DNA of 64,000 bases, from the NCBI GenBank assembly GCA_035627515.1, contig DASPLQ010000012.1:1199705-1263704 (forward strand). The letters are read 5' to 3'. The position numbers and the translations under genes were made by a program. The notes below the pieces were generated by a model. It made no database searches and was not told the DNA's origin. It saw only the letters and a list, made by a program, of their open reading frames with translations. The stretch is from Vitreimonas sp. (lineage in GTDB: Bacteria; Patescibacteriota; Microgenomatia; UBA1400; PJMF01). This document shows, one piece after another, positions 20,465 to 29,350 of this stretch (positions within the stretch are counted from its first letter, which is position 1; each line of letters begins with the position of its first letter).

Positions 20465-22247
20465 GTTTATCGAGCGCCATCATTTTCCTTTCCCATCTCA
20501 CCTTCAGAGTGGATTTGGATTAGTGGAAACCATTGTAGCCGTTGGCTTATTTATGATAATTGCCGGGGGCGGAGCATCGGTTATCCTCCAGAGTTTGACT
20601 CTCAATCGCCTCAGTGAAAACCAAACTGATGCCACATTATATGCTCAAGAAGGTTTAGAGGCCACGCGCTCACTTCAGCGCCAAGGCTGGTCAAACATGA
20701 GCCTAGGCACGTATGGTTTATCTAGTAGTAGTGGCGGATGGGCTTGGACGGGCACAAACAATACCAAAGGCGTGTTTACACGTCAAATTGCCCTCACTTC
20801 TGTTCAACGTAATGGGAGTGGAACAATTGTTACTAGTGGTGGCACAGTTGATCCTGACACGATTAAAGCTACCTCTACAGTGACCTGGAATTTCACGCCT
20901 ACCCGCAGCAACTCTGTTAGCCTCAGTCAGTACTTTACTAACTGGACCAAACAAATTGGACGCGGAGGAATGTTAATTTATGCTGATTACTCGGGAGCCG
21001 ACGACGTCATCCGATATAAAACCCTTGGTGCAGATGGAACTTGGTCAAGTGAGCAAACTGTTCCCGATACTGGTGTCCCGCTTGATAGACCTACCCGGCG
21101 CGTGGATCTTTACACCTCTACCACTCGTAACGAAAAAATCCTTATTTCCAAGCACTTTGCCAATGGCGCTGGCAATGATCAATACGTATATGCCCAAGTC
21201 TGGAATGGCAGTAGCTGGGGCAATGTAGTCCAACTCAGTTCATGGGCTGGCGCCACTAATCCCGAGTTGAGAGGTTATGACGGCGCTTACTTGAATAATG
21301 GTAACTTCTTACTAGTGTATCAAGATAATACTACTACTCCAAAATATCGCCTGTGGAATGGTACTTCATGGTCAGCCGCCACTGCTACGACTAATATTGG
21401 TTCCACCCCGGAATGGATCGTACTCAAAAATAGGCCCGGGACCAATGAAGCTATGGTAGCCACTGCCGATACAACTCTAGATACTAATACTTTTTATTGG
21501 AACGGGTCTAGCTGGAGTGGGGCTACTGAACATGCGACTACTTTACCACTGATCACTGCCCAGCCCATTGATTTCACTTGGAATAAAAATACTTCTACTA
21601 CAGGGGCGTTGGTATATAACGATGCCAATGATGCCACACCGGTAGTAAGAATATGGAATGGCAGCAGTTGGAGTGGGGCTGTGCAAAATCAAAATATCGG
21701 AGGCAACACACGTTCCATGCAGCTGGTAAGTTATCCTAGTAGTAATACTTTTCTAAGTTGTATCAGTGATGCCAACACGCAAGCAGATATTAATTGTTTG
21801 CGCACAGATTTCACACCTTCCTGGAACACAGTCACTAATGGCGAAATTGCTACCGATAGTGATATCGGTACCCAACGTTCATTTTCGCTCGCCTTCGAGA
21901 AAAATACTCCTACCACCGCACTGAGTGTTTATAGTAATGGTGTACTAGCAACTGACCGGAATATTCCAAAATATCGTTTATTCGATGCAAGCACTCACAG
22001 CTTTAGTAGTGAATCAAGTCTGTCCACTGTGGGAGCAGAACTAGAAAGTGTAGAACTTTACCCTCATCCTAGCAGCGATGACATTATGGTGGTAATGGCA
22101 GCAACCGATCAGGATTTATGGACAGTGCAGTGGGACGGCAGTAGCAATCAGTTCTATACCACTGGGGGCAAAGCTCAAACGGAACAAGCTCTCAATGGCT
22201 CCACTGACCAAGATATTTGGTTTGACTTTGCATGGGATGAAAATTAA
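20454..22247 (+). CDS. large prepilin-type protein with repeated WNGSSW(S/G) modules (putative pilus tip adhesin / minor pilin)
   Basis: 597 aa. N-terminus SG|FGLVETIVAVGLF has F+1/E+5. Four or more repeats (VWNGSSWGN, LWNGTSWSA, YWNGSSWSG, IWNGSSWSG) at about 60-aa spacing. Overlaps the upstream gene by 11 nt. Confidence 0.6.
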   Translation: MLIKFIERHHFPFPSHLQSGFGLVETIVAVGLFMIIAGGGASVILQSLTLNRLSENQTDATLYAQEGLEATRSLQRQGWSNMSLGTYGLSSSSGGWAWTGTNNTKGVFTRQIALTSVQRNGSGTIVTSGGTVDPDTIKATSTVTWNFTPTRSNSVSLSQYFTNWTKQIGRGGMLIYADYSGADDVIRYKTLGADGTWSSEQTVPDTGVPLDRPTRRVDLYTSTTRNEKILISKHFANGAGNDQYVYAQVWNGSSWGNVVQLSSWAGATNPELRGYDGAYLNNGNFLLVYQDNTTTPKYRLWNGTSWSAATATTNIGSTPEWIVLKNRPGTNEAMVATADTTLDTNTFYWNGSSWSGATEHATTLPLITAQPIDFTWNKNTSTTGALVYNDANDATPVVRIWNGSSWSGAVQNQNIGGNTRSMQLVSYPSSNTFLSCISDANTQADINCLRTDFTPSWNTVTNGEIATDSDIGTQRSFSLAFEKNTPTTALSVYSNGVLATDRNIPKYRLFDASTHSFSSESSLSTVGAELESVELYPHPSSDDIMVVMAATDQDLWTVQWDGSSNQFYTTGGKAQTEQALNGSTDQDIWFDFAWDEN

Positions 22248-22803
22248 TATGTGGCACTTTAAAAAATCCCCTCCCCAGTCTGCATCTACAGCCGCACAAG
22301 CTGGTTTTACCTTGATCGAACTCATCTTATATATAGCTTTAATTAGTATTTTCTTGAGTGCTGTCATCACCTTTGCCTGGGATATCATTTATAGCCATGC
22401 TAAATCCAGTACGCAACAAACAGTTCTTTATAACCTGCGGTTAGCGAGTGAAAGAATTACCTATGAAATCCGCAATGCTCGCGCCATTAACAGTGTTTCT
22501 GCTACCTCACTTTGTTTAGCATCAGCTGATGCCGCTCGCAATCCTACCAAACTTTATCTCGCCTCCAACGAACTGCGAATTGGCTGGGGTGGAGGAAACA
22601 GTACTTGTGCTACAACCACCAATGATCAAGCACTGACGAGTGCTGAAGTAAACGTAACGGCACTCACTTTCCAAAACCTAACTACCGCAGGAACTGCTTC
22701 ACAGCATATTCAATTTACAATCGGGATTACCAGTACTGCTAATCGCCAAGAATGGCAGTACTCACAAACGTTTAGTAGTAGTGCAGAAGTGAGGTCACAC
22801 TAA
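22237..22803 (+). CDS. prepilin-type minor pilin
   Basis: AAQAG|FTLIELILYIALISIF is a class III signal. Start is either 22237 (overlaps the previous stop) or 22249. Confidence 0.6.
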   Translation: MKINMWHFKKSPPQSASTAAQAGFTLIELILYIALISIFLSAVITFAWDIIYSHAKSSTQQTVLYNLRLASERITYEIRNARAINSVSATSLCLASADAARNPTKLYLASNELRIGWGGGNSTCATTTNDQALTSAEVNVTALTFQNLTTAGTASQHIQFTIGITSTANRQEWQYSQTFSSSAEVRSH

Positions 22804-22806
22804 GTT

Positions 22807-23199
22807 ATGAAACGACACTGCACATTACCTTCTTCACCTGGCTACATTGCTCTCTCAAGTATGCTCATGATAGCTGCTATCATTGTCATCATTGGCACCA
22901 CAGCGTCATTGCTAGCCATCAATGCTGGACAAATTTCCCTGGCAGATACCCGCCAAGAAAATGTGCTTAATTTAGTTGAAAGTTGTATTGAAGACAGTTT
23001 GTTGCAGCTTAACAAAAGTAATACTTTACCATCATCACTCAGTTTGCCTGAAGGTAACTGTACAGTCACGCTTAATTCACAGGTGGGCAGTGTATGGACC
23101 TTCACCATTTCAGCTACCTTAAATGGACACACCAAAACCCTTCAAGTTACCACCAACCGTACTACCCAATTAACAATTACCAACTGGATAGAACAATAA
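22807..23199 (+). CDS. pilin-like protein lacking Glu+5 (GspK/PilX-like minor pilin candidate)
   Basis: 130 aa. SPG|YIALSSMLMIAAIIVIIG hydrophobic N-terminus directly after the pilin genes. Confidence 0.45.
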   Translation: MKRHCTLPSSPGYIALSSMLMIAAIIVIIGTTASLLAINAGQISLADTRQENVLNLVESCIEDSLLQLNKSNTLPSSLSLPEGNCTVTLNSQVGSVWTFTISATLNGHTKTLQVTTNRTTQLTITNWIEQ

Positions 23200-23222
23200 G
23201 GTATTTGTTACAATGAATATTC

Positions 23223-24566
23223 ATGTTTGATAAAAAAAGCTTTGTCCTCACCTTTTTACCTCAGCACCTTTACCTTCATAAAGTAGTAGCTGGTAAACCT
23301 GAAGCTAAAGAATTACTTTTTGAAGCTGATTGGACTAAGGCTACACTGGCCACAGTGTTGGCATCGCTCCAACCACACTTAGAGTCACAGCCGGTGGGAA
23401 TTATTCTCAGCGATCACTTCAGCTATGTACTCAGTGTCCAAGCACCACCTTCTGATTCACCAAATTTAGTAACCACTCTTAGTTCCTTAATCCCTGAAGA
23501 TCTGACTCAGACTTTATGGCACTCAGCAGTTATAACGGAACAAAATGAAGCCCGCACTCTGCAAGTAGTCGTCTTAACTCATCTCTTTTCTACCGAGCTA
23601 TTGCCACTTTTTCACGCTGCTGAGATAGAAATAAAACAGCTCCAACCCATATCTATTATCTTAGCCCACAGCTCTAACCTCGATACCTCATATGTTAGTT
23701 TATATGCTGATTCATATCATTATCTGGGTGCAGTAGTTGAAAAAGACGCAGTAAAATTTACTAAAACCTTTTCCCCTTCATTTAAAATTTCAGATTTAAC
23801 CTCTTTCTTAGCGTTTGCCAAAACAAGTACTCCTGATCTGACAACGATTGAGTTAAATGGCTTACATATTAATGGTGATGACCCCACATTACGTGCTTAT
23901 CACTTGCATGAAAAAAACCTGGACTTACAAACGTCTTCAGTAGCAGACTCACTCTCACACAATACGTTTAGCCCCGAAACCTTAAATAATTACCATCCGC
24001 TTAAAACAGATGACACGATTCCAGCTGGAACTCAGCGGAGCGGTAAACCTTCATCTCCTCGTCATCATAGTAGATCGTGGTGGATGGGGATGGGGGTCTT
24101 GTTTTTGGCACTAGTGTTGATGACCGCGGCTGCCAGCTTTTTCATAATTCCACTCCTCAATCAACGTGCTGCGTCTGTCCAACAATTAGAAACTCAATTG
24201 GAGCAAGTGGCCAGCCCTACACCTTCACCACTTACCTCTCCTTCCCCTGCCACTACGCCTATTCCTGAAGAGAGTCCTGAACCTGGAGTTGTTAGTAATT
24301 TAAGAGTTAATGTCTTAAATGCGAGTGGTAAAAGCGGGGAAGCTCAAAAAGTAAAAACGGCCCTCACAGAGTTTGAGTTTGCAAAAGTCGATCTTGGCAA
24401 CACAGAACCTGGCACCGCTACTACCTCAACTCTTCAAGCTAAAGCCAGTGTACCTCCTCAAACCCTCACTGATATCCAAACTATACTCAACAATTATGAC
24501 TTGATCACCTCTGATCCATTGACACCCTCAAGTGAATATGATGTAGTTATAGTGATTCGCAATTAA
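23223..24566 (+). CDS. pilus-assembly membrane protein (PilM/N/O-like topology) with C-terminal LytR_C-like domain
   Basis: 447 aa. Cytoplasmic N-terminal region of about 280 aa, then a TM (WWMGMGVLFLALVLMTAAASFFIIPLL), a Pro/Ser/Thr linker, and a C-terminal LRVNVLNASGKSGEAQKV (LytR_C-like). Confidence 0.35.
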   Translation: MFDKKSFVLTFLPQHLYLHKVVAGKPEAKELLFEADWTKATLATVLASLQPHLESQPVGIILSDHFSYVLSVQAPPSDSPNLVTTLSSLIPEDLTQTLWHSAVITEQNEARTLQVVVLTHLFSTELLPLFHAAEIEIKQLQPISIILAHSSNLDTSYVSLYADSYHYLGAVVEKDAVKFTKTFSPSFKISDLTSFLAFAKTSTPDLTTIELNGLHINGDDPTLRAYHLHEKNLDLQTSSVADSLSHNTFSPETLNNYHPLKTDDTIPAGTQRSGKPSSPRHHSRSWWMGMGVLFLALVLMTAAASFFIIPLLNQRAASVQQLETQLEQVASPTPSPLTSPSPATTPIPEESPEPGVVSNLRVNVLNASGKSGEAQKVKTALTEFEFAKVDLGNTEPGTATTSTLQAKASVPPQTLTDIQTILNNYDLITSDPLTPSSEYDVVIVIRN

Positions 24567-24593
24567 TAAATATTACTTACGTGAAAGTTTGTC

Positions 24594-25085
24594 ATGTCAA
24601 AATCTGCCCGTCATTACTTGTCTCAGGGATTCACCCTGATTGAGTTATTAGTCGTAATTGCCATTATTTCCATTTTGGCAGTCGTCGTATTTGTAGCTTT
24701 AGACCCTGTGACACGCTTCCGCGATGCTCGCAATGCTCGCCGTACAGCAGATGTTCAAAATTACTTAACTGCCATCCACCAATGTATCGTGGATAATAAA
24801 GGTAGTCTCACTCCTTGTGTAGGTACTTTGACTGCTACCAATACCTATGAAATTGTGAGTAGTGGCGCTGCCGGTTGTGATGATGTCTGTACGGGCGCAA
24901 CCAGTGACTCTAGTTGTGCAGATCTGGACACAAACTTAGCTAAGTACTTAAAAACGTTACCTCTTGATCCTGGTGGTGTTGCCACCGGTCATACTGAGTA
25001 CTCAATCAGCATTGATGCTAATAACTTGGTCACCATCCGCTCTTGTGCGGCTGAGGGTAGCACTACTATCGAGGCCTCTCGTTAA
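24594..25085 (+). CDS. pilA: type IV major pilin (PilA-like)
   Basis: 163 aa. Canonical QG|FTLIELLVVIAIISILA. C-terminal Cys pairs. Strong RBS and strong terminator downstream. Confidence 0.8.
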   Translation: MSKSARHYLSQGFTLIELLVVIAIISILAVVVFVALDPVTRFRDARNARRTADVQNYLTAIHQCIVDNKGSLTPCVGTLTATNTYEIVSSGAAGCDDVCTGATSDSSCADLDTNLAKYLKTLPLDPGGVATGHTEYSISIDANNLVTIRSCAAEGSTTIEASR

Positions 25086-25104
25086 CCTCATTCTTTGATA
25101 CTCT

Positions 25105-25140
25105 TTAAACCGCCTCCGGCTCTGCAGGGGCGGTTTTTGC
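25105..25140 (+). terminator. rho-independent terminator after major pilin gene
   Basis: AAACCGCCTCCGGCTCTGCAGGGGCGGTTTTT. Confidence 0.8.
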
Positions 25141-25174
25141 TTGATAATACGCTAGAAGTGATACAATAGAGCCT

Positions 25175-25576
25175 ATGAAACGGATCACTCCCCGCACGTA
25201 TCAAGGCAAAGTCATCAATGGGGAAAAGGTCGGTCGCAAAATCGGCTTTCCCACGGCTAATCTCGATACTCTCCCCAGTGAGGAAAACTTAAATCCTGGT
25301 GTTTATTTTGGTGAGTGCGTCATCGACGGGCATCACTACTTTGGACTAGCATATTTTGGACCCCGCCTCATTTTTGGAGAAGTCAAACCTAACTTTGAAA
25401 TTTACCTCTATGACTTTACCAGTGATCTCTACGATCAAGTTTTAGAAGTAACTTTAACACATTACTTGCGCTCACCAATGCCGTTTGACTCCTTGGCCGC
25501 CCTGCAAACTCAACTGGAACAGGATAAAGCTATGGGTCAACAATTAATTATCCAAGGTCACACACAACCTCATTAA
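25175..25576 (+). CDS. riboflavin kinase (standalone flavokinase domain)
   Basis: 133 aa. GFPTANL motif and flavokinase-like C-terminal half. No FAD-synthetase domain. Confidence 0.7.
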   Translation: MKRITPRTYQGKVINGEKVGRKIGFPTANLDTLPSEENLNPGVYFGECVIDGHHYFGLAYFGPRLIFGEVKPNFEIYLYDFTSDLYDQVLEVTLTHYLRSPMPFDSLAALQTQLEQDKAMGQQLIIQGHTQPH

Positions 25577-25595
25577 AAAGGTATACTATTGACAT

Positions 25596-26501
25596 ATGAA
25601 ACTTCTTGCTGGCTCATCTAATCTCCCTTTCGCTCAGTCCCTAGCTCACCAAATGGAGCTTCCACTCATCGACGTAGAGATTAGCCACTTTCCCAATGGC
25701 GAAAAACGGGTATGGGTGAAAGATGAAGTCAAAGGCGAGAACGTAACTATCATCCAATCTTTTGCTGAACCCACCGATCAGCACATCATGGAATTTTTAT
25801 TACTTGCTGACGCTCTGGAAAGACTGGGCGCCCGCCACGTCAACTTAGTCTTACCGTGGATGGGGTACTCACTGCAGGATAAAGCGTTCCGAGCCGGCGA
25901 GCCGATTGCCGCTAAAGTCATTGCTAACCTGGTTTCAAATTCTTACATCAAGCGCGTCTTCTTGCTCGACTTACACAACAGTAGTACTCCCGGCTTTTTC
26001 TCAATCCCTACCCAACATCTTTCAGCCTTAACTTTGTTTGCTGATTATGCCCAGCGCAACTTCGACCTGAATAACTTTATTGTGGCCAGTCCCGATTTTG
26101 GTGGTCTGAAACGCGCTCGGCTTTTTGCTGATAGATTGGGCATTCCCTATATCAACATTGATAAACATCGCGATCTGAGTACCGGTGAACCGACTGCCAT
26201 TAGCCTCAGTGGCGATGTGGAAGGTAAATCAATTTTAATTTTTGATGATGTCATCAACGCCGGTGGCACTATCACCACCACTTCAGCCATTCTTAAAAAA
26301 CACGGTGCCCAACAAGTTCATTTTTTTGCCACTCACGGACCACTTGTCAAAGCAGCCTTTACCAAAATTGATAATTCAGAGGCCGATTCGGTAGTCGTCA
26401 CTAACTCTATTCATCACGATCAAACCTCCGCTAAAGTCCGCACCCTCGATGCAGCACCCATTTTTGCGGAAGAATTAAAGACGTGGTGGAAAGCACGTTG
26501 A
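25596..26501 (+). CDS. prs: ribose-phosphate pyrophosphokinase
   Basis: 301 aa. PRPP-synthetase N-terminal region and PRPP-binding loop (ILIFDDVINAGGT). TGA stop. Confidence 0.85.
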   Translation: MKLLAGSSNLPFAQSLAHQMELPLIDVEISHFPNGEKRVWVKDEVKGENVTIIQSFAEPTDQHIMEFLLLADALERLGARHVNLVLPWMGYSLQDKAFRAGEPIAAKVIANLVSNSYIKRVFLLDLHNSSTPGFFSIPTQHLSALTLFADYAQRNFDLNNFIVASPDFGGLKRARLFADRLGIPYINIDKHRDLSTGEPTAISLSGDVEGKSILIFDDVINAGGTITTTSAILKKHGAQQVHFFATHGPLVKAAFTKIDNSEADSVVVTNSIHHDQTSAKVRTLDAAPIFAEELKTWWKAR

Positions 26502-26539
26502 CAACCTCTGTATAATATTTCTACAAGTTAAGTAAATGT

Positions 26540-26790
26540 CTTAAGAGCTCCCAACTCTTTTCTTAAATCATTTTAAGAGACAGAGAAGTAGACTTCGGAA
26601 TAATCATGGATAAACTTCTCCGGCACAGAGCCGTCATCTTCTCTGACACCAATGTCGTTTTTACAGAGTTGGTGAAAAAGTTCTGAGTTAGCAATAATTC
26701 AGAAAAAGCAAAGTGGTACCGCGTCACTACACGCCTTTGCATATCAATCAAACAGTGGTTTGGTGGATATGTAAGGGCGTTTTTTTATTG
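26540..26790 (+). promoter_or_regulatory. putative T-box leader upstream of Trbp111-proS operon
   Basis: AAAGTGGTACCGCG (26710-26723) matches the T-box core. Terminator ACGCCTTTGCATAT...ATATGTAAGGGCG + T7 at 26731-26786. Stem I-like helix CAGAGAAG/CTTCTCTG (26581-88 / 26638-45), then single-stranded ACACCAA. Confidence 0.55.
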
Positions 26791-26860
26791 GCCATCCACA
26801 GGTAGAAAGTATCCTCGGCACTACAGTATCAACGTCTAGCAGCATAAAGGAGATGACAAC

Positions 26861-27196
26861 ATGAACAAAATTACTATTGCTGATTTTGAAAATATTGACA
26901 TCCGGCTTGGCAAAATTGTGGCAGCTGAATTGCTACCTAATCCTCGTTATACCACACACAAACTAACCATCGATTTTGGTGATGAGTTAGGCAAGAAAAT
27001 CTCAGGGGCACGGTTAATCAACTATCAACCTAATGAACTAGTTGGCAAGCTTATGATAGGAGTTATTAATTTGCAGCCTCGTCAGATTGGTAAAATTATG
27101 TCGGAGGTCTTAACACTGGGAGTTGCGGATCATAAAGGTGACTTTGTGTTGTTATCGCCCCTCTCAGATGTTCCTCTTGGAGGTAAAGTCTGCTAA
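26861..27196 (+). CDS. tRNA-binding domain protein (Trbp111/CsaA/EMAP-like)
   Basis: 111 aa. DFENIDIRLGKIVAAELLPN... is an OB-fold tRNA-binding domain signature. Strong RBS AAGGAGATG. Confidence 0.7.
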   Translation: MNKITIADFENIDIRLGKIVAAELLPNPRYTTHKLTIDFGDELGKKISGARLINYQPNELVGKLMIGVINLQPRQIGKIMSEVLTLGVADHKGDFVLLSPLSDVPLGGKVC

Positions 27197-27241
27197 AAAA
27201 TGAATAAAAAGTACTTTATAGTTAACTAATAGAAAGAAAAT

Positions 27242-28687
27242 ATGGCAAAACAACAACTAACACCAAAGTCGCAAGACATGAGTAAGTGGTACACGCAAGT
27301 CATTCAACAAGCTAAACTAGCTGATTATTCTCCAGTTAAAGGCTGTATGGTCATGCGTCCCAGTGGCTACGGCATTTGGGAGAATATTCAAAAGACACTA
27401 GACCCTATGTTGAAAGAATTAGGTGTCGAAAATGCTTACTTCCCTTTATTTATTCCCATGTCTTTTTTAAGTCGCGAGGCAGATCACGTTGAAGGCTTTG
27501 CCCCTGAGCTTGCAGTGGTCACACATGGGGGTGGAGAAGAATTAGAAGAGAAATTAGTGGTTAGACCCACATCTGAAACTATCATGTACGAAATGTACAG
27601 TAAATGGGTTCAATCACATCGAGACTTACCTTTGAACCTCAACCAGTGGAATAACGTGGTCCGCTGGGAGAAACGAACCTATTTTTTCTTAAGAACTACC
27701 GAGTTTTTATGGCAAGAAGCTCACACCGCTCATGCCACTCATGAAGAAGAATTTGAGATGGTTCTAAATGCCTTGGAAAAATATCGGACACTGGTCGAGG
27801 ATAACCTAGCTATTCCCGTAGTCAAAGGTCGCAAAAGTACTGCTGAGAAATTTGCTGGGGCTGATTTAACCACAACTATAGAAGCTATGATGCCTGATGG
27901 CAAAGCCTTGCAAGCTGGAACCAGCCACGACCTAGGTCAAAACTTCTCTAAGAAAGAAGCCTTTAATATCTCATTCCTGAATGCTGAAGGCAAAACTGAT
28001 TATGCTTGGCAAACCAGTTATGGCTTATCAACTCGGGTCATCGGGGCATTAATCATGACTCATGGCGATGATGATGGCTTAGTCATTCCTCCCCGCATTG
28101 CTCCAACACAAGTAATGATCGTTCCTGCCCAATCTACTCCTGAATTATTGGGAGAGGCAGTAAAGATTCAAAAACAGTTAAAAGCACAAAATATTCGTGC
28201 GAAAGTTGATACAGACATAGAACATAGTATGGGTTGGAAACTCAATGATGCTGAAATTCAAGGAATTCCAGTCACATTAATCGTTGGTCAGCGTGAATTA
28301 GACGAGGGCAGCTTAACTGCTAATATTCGCTATTCTAAACAAAAACAAAAAATTAACTTGCAAACTGTTACTAAAGATCTTGATGCTTTACTAGAAACTA
28401 TTCAAACCGAAATGTTTGCACAAGCTCAAAAAAGAACTCAGGCACTAACCACTGAAGTGAATTCATTTGATGAGTTCAAGAACGTTATGGAGACCAAGCG
28501 TGGGTTCTTGAAAGCTTTATGGTGTGAAGATGCTGTTTGCGAAAAAGCTATCAAAGAAGAAACCAAAGCTAGTACTCGCTGCTTACCGTTCATTGATGAC
28601 AAAGGTAATGTCAAAGAAGAAACAGGAGTTTGTGTAAAATGTGGCGCAGCTGCAAATCATCGTTGGTTATTTGCACAATCATACTAA
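27242..28687 (+). CDS. proS: proline--tRNA ligase, archaeal/eukaryotic type
   Basis: 481 aa. Class IIa catalytic core. C-terminal zinc-binding domain ending ...CVKCGAAANHRWLFAQSY with C-terminal Tyr. Confidence 0.85.
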   Translation: MAKQQLTPKSQDMSKWYTQVIQQAKLADYSPVKGCMVMRPSGYGIWENIQKTLDPMLKELGVENAYFPLFIPMSFLSREADHVEGFAPELAVVTHGGGEELEEKLVVRPTSETIMYEMYSKWVQSHRDLPLNLNQWNNVVRWEKRTYFFLRTTEFLWQEAHTAHATHEEEFEMVLNALEKYRTLVEDNLAIPVVKGRKSTAEKFAGADLTTTIEAMMPDGKALQAGTSHDLGQNFSKKEAFNISFLNAEGKTDYAWQTSYGLSTRVIGALIMTHGDDDGLVIPPRIAPTQVMIVPAQSTPELLGEAVKIQKQLKAQNIRAKVDTDIEHSMGWKLNDAEIQGIPVTLIVGQRELDEGSLTANIRYSKQKQKINLQTVTKDLDALLETIQTEMFAQAQKRTQALTTEVNSFDEFKNVMETKRGFLKALWCEDAVCEKAIKEETKASTRCLPFIDDKGNVKEETGVCVKCGAAANHRWLFAQSY

Positions 28688-28698
28688 CCAACTAAACC

Positions 28699-29016
28699 AT
28701 GGAACATCAAGGCTTTATTTTTACCACTCACGCTCAGGAGAGGCTGAAGTTACGCTCAGTCTCTCCTGATGATGTGGTTAAAGTCTTGCGACATCCGACT
28801 CATACCTTCCCCGGTGATAAAGCCAACACTACTAAGTTCATCCGCACGTTGAACCAGCGTGAGATCCAAGTCATCGCCACTTATCTTAAAGATCAAAAAA
28901 AATGGTTGATTGTGTCGGTGTGGGTAAGGGGAGAGGATGATCCTGAATCATGGAGTTGGTGGATGGTAGCTTTGCCATTTAGAATACTATGGTGGTTAGT
29001 GAAAAAGTGTATTTAG
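28699..29016 (+). CDS. DUF4258-like small protein
   Basis: 105 aa. MEHQGFIFTTHAQERLKLRSVSPDDVVKVL is DUF4258-like. Starts 11 nt after proS. Hydrophobic Trp-rich C-terminal tail. Confidence 0.4.
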   Translation: MEHQGFIFTTHAQERLKLRSVSPDDVVKVLRHPTHTFPGDKANTTKFIRTLNQREIQVIATYLKDQKKWLIVSVWVRGEDDPESWSWWMVALPFRILWWLVKKCI

Positions 29017-29350
29017 TCTTTCCCCGCAAAAATTTCGGCAATTACTGCGTCTTATAACGATATTTGTTGGAAAGAGGCGACAAAACTATAGACTGTCCGT
29101 TCAATCCTTTTTATCTATGGGTTTTTTCTGCTTCTAACTGTATATTTCTAAATAACCCGGTGAGGAACCCACTGCAACTGTCCTAGCTAGCTCGACTAAT
29201 TAAGGCTGTTGCGGTGGGTGTTTTTTTTCTTTTTTATATTCCTCACACCTCAGATAATGATGATTTAATCACAGTATTCTTTACTTTAGCTTTACTCAAA
29301 CTAAAGTTTTCTTTAATTTCAAATTTGGAATAAATTGGTATACTTGCTCC

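Noticed and set aside
26563-26751. 62-aa minus-strand ORF in the prs-Trbp111 spacer
   Set aside because: It lies within the T-box-like structured leader and has no RBS. Better explained as non-coding RNA sequence.
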